Positions 57,557 to 64,000 of a stretch of DNA of 64,000 bases are shown one piece after another (position 1 is the first letter of the stretch; the number at the start of each line of letters is the position of its first letter). The notes below the pieces were generated by a model. That model worked only from the letters and a program-made list of their open reading frames with translations, was not told the DNA's origin and did no database searches. A program made the position numbers and the translations under genes. The DNA comes from an uncultured Gammaproteobacteria bacterium. Lineage in GTDB: Bacteria > Patescibacteriota > Patescibacteriia > UBA11705 > JABHMO01. The DNA lies in assembly GCA_964565345.1 (NCBI GenBank), contig CAZMEQ010000004.1, positions 2,873 through 66,872 of the forward strand, given 5' to 3'.

Positions 57557-59311
57557 TTATTTTTCGCTAGTCGAAATTACAACTTTGTCGCCCTCGTTGA
57601 GGCCAGAAAGAATTTCAATATTTCCATTGGAACCTCTTATCCCAGTAGATACTTTTACCTCTTGGATTTCTTTTTCTCCTTTTAGCATTTTGACGATTTT
57701 GTCACCATTATTTCTAATAATAGCTCTTTGGGGTATGTTTAGAATATTTTCTTTTTTCGCAGTTAGAATATCAACGTTAGCTGTTAATCCAGATTTGATG
57801 TTTTCGTTCTCTTCCGTAAATTCCAAGGTCACTTTATAGGTTGGGACTCCATCAACAATGGTTTCAGCCGGGTCAACGGATATAACTGTCGCTGTAAATT
57901 CAGTATCAGAACCAAAAGCATCTAATGTAACCGTGGCTTCATCAGCTACTTTCACATTAGCTATATCTACCTCTGCTACGTTGGCCTCAATTTGGAATTT
58001 ATTGTCACTAATGATTTTTATGACTGCAATATTTGATTGGATAATTTCACCAACCTTGGCGTCTTGCATGACAACTTTACCGTCTATAGGCGAGGTGATG
58101 GTATTTTTAGCTATTTGAGCCGCAATATTACCTAAATTGGATTGAGCGTACTTAATTTGAGCTAGTTGTGATTTGACATTTGCTTCGGCTAATTTGACTT
58201 GAGCTTCTTGGGCCGCGATTTGTTCTATTGTTGGACCGGCCAACTTTAAGCTTAGGTTGTTCTGCGCTGATTGAAGATTATTTTTGGCAGTGTTAACAGC
58301 TGTTTCAGCGTTATTGATGGTTGAAGAGTTGGTTACCTTTTGAACTTTGATCAGATTTTCATTCGTGGTAATAGCCGTAATTTGGGCATCCACATAACCT
58401 TTTTGAGTGTTAAGATTGCTAATGTCAGTGTTGGATAATGGCGAAAGGTAGATGGAATTAAATACTTGTCGGACTTGAAGCATTGCTGATTTGGTTTCAT
58501 TCAAAGCGGCGATAATATTTACTTCCGTCGGATTTTGAAAGGCATTATTAACTAAAGCTTTGGCACCACCATTTAAACTATTTAAGCTCGAACTACTCAT
58601 TTTGCCGCCATTGCTTCCACCAAGTAAATAATAAACAGCATAACTTTTTGTCTCGGCTAGTCGGGTGGCTTCTGGTGTTGATTCCGAAAAGTAGGTATTT
58701 TGGATGTCTGTAATGGAAAATAATGCAGATAGGCCAACACTTATGGCATCACTTAGTCCAGCGTTGGTGATTTCCAGTTGTTTTTGTAAATCAGCAGCGG
58801 CTTTTATTTTTGCATTTTCTAGAGCCACTTGTGCATCTGATAATGTTTGTTGGGCTGTGCTGACTGTAGTTTGAGCAATTGTTAGTTCTTCTGCTCTGGT
58901 GCCTAATTTTAGTTCGTTAAGTTTAGCCTGTTGTGCAGCCAAGGCGGATTCATAGTTTATAAGGAGTGCGCGGCTGCTTTCGAGCGAAGCTGCGGCCTGT
59001 CCGCTTTGAGCATATAGATCATTGCTAGAAAGGCTAGCTAAAATTTGGCCTGCTTTGACAGGATCTCCAATTTTTACATTTATTTGAGCTACTTTACCTG
59101 GTTTTTCAAAAGCCAGTTCTACATTGTTGGCCGCTTTAACTGTCCCTGTAACACTTACTTCCTGTGTTAAAGTCGATTTTTCAACAACAACGGTAGTGTA
59201 AACAGGTGTTGTTTCTTTTTGTGAGGCTACCACGGCAATTACAAAGACTATAAGCACGAGAATAGAGCTGATGTAGAAAGATTTTTTCTTAAAAATGTTT
59301 GGTAAGGTCAT
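57557..59311 (-). CDS. periplasmic adaptor / membrane-fusion protein (HlyD/MacA-like, long coiled-coil)
   Basis: N-terminal transmembrane anchor, beta-barrel/lipoyl-like segments and an extended A/Q-rich coiled coil. Confidence 0.55.
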   Translation of the reverse strand: MTLPNIFKKKSFYISSILVLIVFVIAVVASQKETTPVYTTVVVEKSTLTQEVSVTGTVKAANNVELAFEKPGKVAQINVKIGDPVKAGQILASLSSNDLYAQSGQAAASLESSRALLINYESALAAQQAKLNELKLGTRAEELTIAQTTVSTAQQTLSDAQVALENAKIKAAADLQKQLEITNAGLSDAISVGLSALFSITDIQNTYFSESTPEATRLAETKSYAVYYLLGGSNGGKMSSSSLNSLNGGAKALVNNAFQNPTEVNIIAALNETKSAMLQVRQVFNSIYLSPLSNTDISNLNTQKGYVDAQITAITTNENLIKVQKVTNSSTINNAETAVNTAKNNLQSAQNNLSLKLAGPTIEQIAAQEAQVKLAEANVKSQLAQIKYAQSNLGNIAAQIAKNTITSPIDGKVVMQDAKVGEIIQSNIAVIKIISDNKFQIEANVAEVDIANVKVADEATVTLDAFGSDTEFTATVISVDPAETIVDGVPTYKVTLEFTEENENIKSGLTANVDILTAKKENILNIPQRAIIRNNGDKIVKMLKGEKEIQEVKVSTGIRGSNGNIEILSGLNEGDKVVISTSEK

Positions 59312-59312
59312 A

Positions 59313-59747
59313 TTATTTTTTATTTTCGTAGTGGGTAAATAATTTTTTATAAATATTTATTAAGTCTTTTTTATCGTTTTCGTTTAAAGGAGAGAGAAAG
59401 TCGATGATGGTTGATTCAAGTTGTTTTTGATTGACTTGTAAAAATTTTATCCCCTCCCTGGTTAGTTTTAAATAGATGTTCCGGCGGTCTTCTTTGTCAT
59501 GGCTGCGCATTAAAAGGTGCCGATGTTCAAGTTTGTCGATCATACAGGTTATGGAGGGCGGCGTTATGCCAAAAAACTGCGCCAGATCCTTCATTTTTGG
59601 CCTTTTTTGATTATGAATATAGGATAGTGCCTCAAACTGAATCATTCTTTCTGGAGAATTTTTTGTCTTGTTTTGAAGGTACGCAAAAAGAAATCTTTTT
59701 AGAGTAAAAATTGTCTGGACAAGCTCTTTGGCTTCTTTTGTGGGCAT
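59313..59747 (-). CDS. MarR-family transcriptional regulator
   Basis: Winged helix-turn-helix KMKDLAQFFGITPPSITCMIDKLE. Confidence 0.65.
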   Translation of the reverse strand: MPTKEAKELVQTIFTLKRFLFAYLQNKTKNSPERMIQFEALSYIHNQKRPKMKDLAQFFGITPPSITCMIDKLEHRHLLMRSHDKEDRRNIYLKLTREGIKFLQVNQKQLESTIIDFLSPLNENDKKDLINIYKKLFTHYENKK

Positions 59748-59877
59748 ACTTAGGTATTCTAACTATTTTGCTAACTAAGTATATCATGTTGTAGAGAATA
59801 AACAAGACTGTGCATGTTTTTCTTTCCTTGCTTTTGACTAAGCGCTATACTACTTATATAGATACATAAAAATTGCT

Positions 59878-61506
59878 ATGTTAAAACATTTTTTGTTGGT
59901 TGCGCTCTTAGTTGTTTTTTTGTCGCCACAAGTTGCCTCGGCCGATGGGGCAGCCTTTATTCCAGGCCCCTATGATAATCGCTGGGATTATAATAGGGAA
60001 TCCAGTCAATCAGCTATTATTGATTATAAAAGTGGAACGCAAAAGATGTTGTTAAGCGTTGGTTTTGAGAATTCTAAAGAGAATACTGTTTGGTTATTTC
60101 CCGTCCCATCTGTACCAGAAAAAATTGTTGTTGATGTTTTAGATGATGTCCCAAGTTTATATGGTGAAAACATTGCCGATGGCGCTAAAGCGAATTTACT
60201 AGATGCACGAAAGGGGTTATTGGCAACGCAGCTTTACCCTATTCCTTGGGCGCTAAGGAGTTCCTATAAATCTTTTGAGGGAACTGGATTAGGGGCTACC
60301 GCTGGTTTTGGTTTGTCTGACGGGGTAGCCAATGATGTTACAGTTCATGAATCTTTAGAAAAGAATGGAATGACAACTCAAATAATAACCGCAAAAACTT
60401 CGGTCGGTCTTTTTAAATATTTGCGAGAATTAAATTTAGATATTAAGGGCGGCAGTATACCGGCATTAGATGAATACGTGGGGAAGGATTTTTCTTTTGT
60501 TGTTTCTTGGATTATGCCAGAAGACAAAGTGTTGGCCAAACGTTTGGAGGTCGAAGATAAACTATTACGTTTTATTAATAATTATTTTCAAGATGGTAAT
60601 GGGATCAAACCGAGTTTTTTAGATTTGGTTGCTTTAACTTTTCCGTCTGAATATTCATTGCTACAAGCATCAGTATATGAAGATCAGAGCTATCTAAAGA
60701 ACAATCCTGCTTTTAAAGAAAAATTGGTTGATTTGTTAATGCAAAATCTCAGTTATGTCACCGATGTTGATCCATATTACTACGATCGATATGAGAGGAA
60801 GGTGCGCGGTGTTTTTGTCAGTTTCCCAACCCCACAGATTTACTATCCTTTAAAATTAACCAGCGTTTATGGTAGTGAAGTTATTCCTACCGATATTCGC
60901 ATAATGGGTTACGTTAAGCCAGAGCTTTATCCAGATATAGCCCCTTATGTCACAACAGAATACTATTTTGATGCTGATTATTATCCTGATTACCGTAAAG
61001 CTAATCCTTTTGAATGGGTGGAGCGTGAGCCAATGCGCTATACAAAAATAAAATTAAAAGCACCTTCTAAGCTTTTTCGTGAAGATCTCTTTTTTTCACC
61101 TAAAAGTAGTTTAGGGCTATGGTGTCAAGAGCTTATAACTCGTTCAGCAGTTATTCCCTTTATTCCTTTGTTTTTGATAATATCATTTTTGTCGGGAATC
61201 TTAGCGGCACTCTTGGCTTTTTGGGGGCGTCTGGAAACAAAAAGAAAACTTTGGAAGTATGGATTTTTGTCTTGGTTGAATATTTTTTCAATAATTATGT
61301 TTGCTTTTTGGATTTTCTATTCCCGAACTAAAAGTTTAGACGAAAATCAAAAACAACTTTTAGCCAATGTAAAAGCCCAAGGACTATCCACGTGGAGCAT
61401 CCATTCTCGTGATTATGGTCGGAAGGTTTTGTTTGTCTTTTTGTTCTCCTTGATTTATATTATATTAGCATTGATAATCCCATGGCTTATAGTTCAAGCA
61501 ATTTAG
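59878..61506 (+). CDS. secreted/membrane-anchored hypothetical protein (signal peptide + C-terminal TM helices)
   Basis: N-terminal LLVALLVVFLSPQVASA. About 3 C-terminal transmembrane segments. Confidence 0.4.
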   Translation: MLKHFLLVALLVVFLSPQVASADGAAFIPGPYDNRWDYNRESSQSAIIDYKSGTQKMLLSVGFENSKENTVWLFPVPSVPEKIVVDVLDDVPSLYGENIADGAKANLLDARKGLLATQLYPIPWALRSSYKSFEGTGLGATAGFGLSDGVANDVTVHESLEKNGMTTQIITAKTSVGLFKYLRELNLDIKGGSIPALDEYVGKDFSFVVSWIMPEDKVLAKRLEVEDKLLRFINNYFQDGNGIKPSFLDLVALTFPSEYSLLQASVYEDQSYLKNNPAFKEKLVDLLMQNLSYVTDVDPYYYDRYERKVRGVFVSFPTPQIYYPLKLTSVYGSEVIPTDIRIMGYVKPELYPDIAPYVTTEYYFDADYYPDYRKANPFEWVEREPMRYTKIKLKAPSKLFREDLFFSPKSSLGLWCQELITRSAVIPFIPLFLIISFLSGILAALLAFWGRLETKRKLWKYGFLSWLNIFSIIMFAFWIFYSRTKSLDENQKQLLANVKAQGLSTWSIHSRDYGRKVLFVFLFSLIYIILALIIPWLIVQAI

Positions 61507-61510
61507 TTTT

Positions 61511-62206
61511 ATGGTTAAAAAGTACCACAATGTATTAATAACGGGCGACACTCATTTAGGTGATGTGGTTTTTAGGGATGAAGCCAAGTTGGTATCAGCA
61601 ATTAAACAGGATAATTTTGACGCAATTGTTTTTGGCGGAGATACATTTGACCCTTGGCGTGGTCGTTCAGTTGAGGATTTAGTGGCAAAATATGATCAGC
61701 TTTTTAAGTTTTTACAAAACCTAAAAAGTCGGGTCGTTTTTATTAAGGGTAACCATGACCCCAAAATTGATTTTCTAAAAAAATTTGGTTTTTCAGTTCA
61801 AAAACGATTCAAATATGTTGGCTCTCTTGGGGAAAGGACAAAAATTATCCACGGACATGAATTTGATGATGCTTGCCGCAATTGGGAGTTTATAACAAAG
61901 CGCATTGCTTTTGTCGAAAATAAGATAAATCAATATTTAACTCGAGTCGATAATGAAGCTTTTGTGCGCTTTATCAACCTGATTAATAAGGTTGATCTTA
62001 AAAGAGTTATTTCTAATTTTCGTGAAAGAGTAAATCAATATAGAAATGTGGATAATTTATTATTTGGACATACTCATATGCCTATGCGAGAGGAGCAGGG
62101 TAGGGTAAAGTTTTATAATTGGGGCGGATGGCAAAAGGATTTTAATCTGCCTCCGCAGGTTATAGTCCATAAACAGGGAAAGTTTAATAGTATTGATATA
62201 AAATAA
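61511..62206 (+). CDS. calcineurin-like metallophosphoesterase
   Basis: GDTH, GGDTFD, GNHD, HGHE and GHTH motifs. Confidence 0.75.
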   Translation: MVKKYHNVLITGDTHLGDVVFRDEAKLVSAIKQDNFDAIVFGGDTFDPWRGRSVEDLVAKYDQLFKFLQNLKSRVVFIKGNHDPKIDFLKKFGFSVQKRFKYVGSLGERTKIIHGHEFDDACRNWEFITKRIAFVENKINQYLTRVDNEAFVRFINLINKVDLKRVISNFRERVNQYRNVDNLLFGHTHMPMREEQGRVKFYNWGGWQKDFNLPPQVIVHKQGKFNSIDIK

Positions 62207-62238
62207 AAAACGTCCCGACTAAGTCGGGCGTTTTTATT
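62206..62238. terminator. bidirectional terminator ACGTCCCGACTaAGTCGGGCGT
   Basis: Seen directly. It lies between the convergent genes. Confidence 0.75.
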
Positions 62239-62240
62239 TC

Positions 62241-62411
62241 TTAAGCTTTTGATAAAGTTTTTATGCAACGAGTGCAAAGAAGTTTTCTTTTTCCCTCTAC
62301 AGTTTTAATTTGTAGGTTTGGGTATTGAAATTTTTTTGTGGCAATGTGAGAATGGCTTCTGGTAATAGTCACCTTCGGTCCCTTGCCGCAGCTTTGACAA
62401 ATTTTAGACAT
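62241..62411 (-). CDS. rpmB: 50S ribosomal protein L28
   Basis: MSKICQSCGKGPKVTITRSHSHIATKKFQYPNLQ matches L28. The track ORF carries a spurious 13-aa N-terminal extension. Confidence 0.8.
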   Translation of the reverse strand: MSKICQSCGKGPKVTITRSHSHIATKKFQYPNLQIKTVEGKRKLLCTRCIKTLSKA

Positions 62412-62477
62412 ATAGCAAATTAATAACCTTAGATGGTAATATACTAGCATATATGTTATAATTTAGCAAGATAGTAT

Positions 62478-63119
62478 ATGCTGATTAATTTATTATTCGA
62501 AAATCCAATATATTTTTTCGTCGTGGCTGTAGTGGTGGTGGTAGCTTTAACTGTACATGAATTTGCGCATGCGGTAGCGGCTACTTCTTTAGGTGATCCA
62601 ACAGCCAAACAAGAAGGGAGACTCACGCTTAATCCTGCTTCCCATTTGAGTCTTTTAGGGTCAGTTTTTTTGCTATTTGTCGGTTTCGGATGGGGCAAGC
62701 CAGTCCCATTTAACCCCTATAACTTACGTTTACAGAAATGGGGGCCGGCTATAGTCGCTGTTGCAGGCCCTTTTTCTAATCTAATTTTAGCAATTATTTT
62801 CGGATTAAGTCTAAGGGTTATTAGCCATTATTCCTTATTTTCACCGGATAATTTACTTGTTATTTTTCTTTATTTTTCGGTCTTGTTGAATATTAGTTTA
62901 ATGTTTTTTAATCTTTTACCCCTGGCTCCGTTAGATGGTTCAAAAATTCTTTTTGCATTCATTTCTGATTATAAATTTGCTAAATTAAGGCAAGTTTTAG
63001 AAACTCAGGGCACTTTTATCCTTATAAGTTTGGTTTTCTTAGAAAGTTTTTCTGGATTAAATGTTTTCGGGTCTTTCTTTTCAGTTATTCAGGAGTGGAT
63101 TAGCCATTTAGTTTTTTAA
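62478..63119 (+). CDS. site-2 protease family (M50) zinc metalloprotease
   Basis: HEFAHAV is the HExxH motif. NLLPLAPLDGSKI is the LDG motif. Polytopic. Confidence 0.75.
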   Translation: MLINLLFENPIYFFVVAVVVVVALTVHEFAHAVAATSLGDPTAKQEGRLTLNPASHLSLLGSVFLLFVGFGWGKPVPFNPYNLRLQKWGPAIVAVAGPFSNLILAIIFGLSLRVISHYSLFSPDNLLVIFLYFSVLLNISLMFFNLLPLAPLDGSKILFAFISDYKFAKLRQVLETQGTFILISLVFLESFSGLNVFGSFFSVIQEWISHLVF

Positions 63120-63227
63120 CGAATTTTTGAGCTTGACTTCTTGACGTATATAATTTTGTGTGATATCCTTTGGTTAATTATAATAGCTTAAATTAAGCTA
63201 ATTTTTATTTTCTCTAGATCATAATCT

Positions 63228-63644
63228 ATGCCAACTATCAACCAATTGATTAGAAAAAGACGCAAGAGCAATGTTAAAAAAACAAAATCTCCTGCAATGC
63301 AAACAGTTTTAAATAACATTAAGCGTAAGCAAAACACGTTACCAAAAGGTGCTGCTTTTAAACGTGGCGTTTGCGTTAAAGTTACTACAACTACACCTAA
63401 AAAACCTAACTCAGCGTTACGCAAAATCGCTCGCGTACGCCTATCTAATGGACAAGAAGTAACAGCTTATATCCCTGGAGAAGGACACAATTTACAAGAA
63501 CACTCTATTGTTATGATTCGTGGTGGGCGAGTTTCTGACTTGCCTGGTGTTCTTTATCATATAGTACGTGGAGTTTACGATACCCATGGAGTTGAAGGAC
63601 GAAAGAATTCTCGTTCACTTTATGGTGCTAAGAAAGCTAAATAA
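63228..63644 (+). CDS. rpsL: 30S ribosomal protein S12
   Basis: [10 protein letters not shown]...[10 protein letters not shown]...GGRVKDLPGV-like core. Confidence 0.95.
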   Translation: MPTINQLIRKRRKSNVKKTKSPAMQTVLNNIKRKQNTLPKGAAFKRGVCVKVTTTTPKKPNSALRKIARVRLSNGQEVTAYIPGEGHNLQEHSIVMIRGGRVSDLPGVLYHIVRGVYDTHGVEGRKNSRSLYGAKKAK

Positions 63645-63652
63645 TATTGATT

Positions 63653-64000
63653 ATGCGCGGAAAACAAGCCCCCAAGAGAAAAATTAAACCAGACAGTAAA
63701 TACAACAGTACTTTGGTTGCAAAATTTATTAATTACATAATGGAAAGAGGAAAAAAAGCTGTTGCTGAGCAGATTGTTTATGATTGTTTTAATATTATTG
63801 ATGGAAACATTAAAAGCGGAAAAATTGCTAAAGAAAATGAAAATGCTTTAAATGTTTTTGACATAGCTGTTAAAAATGTTTCACCTCAAATTGAGGTTAA
63901 GAGTAAACGTATTGGCGGTGGTAATTATCAAATTCCAATGCCTGTCCGAGGCGAAAGAAAGTACTTTTTAGCCTTTCATTGGTTAATTAATGCTGCTGCT
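63653..64000 (+). CDS. rpsG: 30S ribosomal protein S7 (partial, continues beyond window)
   Basis: MRGKQAPKRKIKPDSKYNSTLVAKFINYIMERGKK matches the S7 N-terminus. Confidence 0.85.
   Translation, partial: MRGKQAPKRKIKPDSKYNSTLVAKFINYIMERGKKAVAEQIVYDCFNIIDGNIKSGKIAKENENALNVFDIAVKNVSPQIEVKSKRIGGGNYQIPMPVRGERKYFLAFHWLINAAA

Noticed and set aside
62412-62450. 13-aa N-terminal extension (MLVYYHLRLLICY) on the L28 ORF.
   Set aside because: L28 universally starts at MS(K/R)xCQ. The internal ATG at 62411 matches that start.

Overview
The window reads as a low-GC (~35-38%) bacterial chromosome segment with a small-genome, Patescibacteria/CPR-like gene set. It is interrupted by several short high-GC (~60%) segments that look foreign.

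Housekeeping and chromosomal genes identified from the sequence:
- type-2 isoleucyl-tRNA synthetase (ileS), ruvA, ndk, epmA-efp, rpmB, rpsL and a partial rpsG
- a FemAB-family peptidoglycan transferase, a U32 peptidase and a patatin-like lipase
- an M50 site-2 protease, DedA, a SAM-dependent methyltransferase and a MarR-controlled MacAB-type ABC efflux operon
- a ComEC competence channel whose metallo-beta-lactamase domain is encoded as a separate gene 4 kb away

Two convergent type IV pilus-like gene clusters occupy 36.9-54.3 kb. Each has its own PilB ATPase and PilC platform protein plus multiple prepilin-type (GFTLIE) pilins. Cluster 2 includes two tandem major-pilin paralogs. Cluster 1 also carries an embedded PAS sensor, a histidine kinase and two stand-alone receiver proteins.

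Four tRNA genes were found by eye:
- tRNA-Ala(UGC) on the minus strand
- tRNA-Pro(CGG), with a partial 5'-half duplicate upstream
- tRNA-Leu(CAG), hidden inside a spurious six-frame ORF
- tRNA-Pro(GGG)

The most unusual region is a promoter-driven, ~2 kb GC-rich segment (about 2.6-4.6 kb). It has no convincing long ORF. It carries three copies of a two-hairpin module whose stems differ between copies but keep pairing, and each copy is immediately followed by a short ORF (11, 37 and 67 codons). It sits beside tRNA-Ala and one of two small repeat-flanked GIY-YIG nuclease cassettes.

Several isolated high-GC genes are interleaved with the AT-rich genes. They encode a P-loop NTPase, an MFS transporter, a DHH phosphoesterase, an MBL hydrolase, a DAG-kinase-like lipid kinase, a secreted protein and a small hypothetical protein. 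Each has a strong GGAGG ribosome-binding site and a GC hairpin terminator. This points to multiple horizontal acquisitions.

All coordinates I derived myself (tRNAs, hairpins, adjusted starts) were hand-counted and may be off by 1-2 nt.
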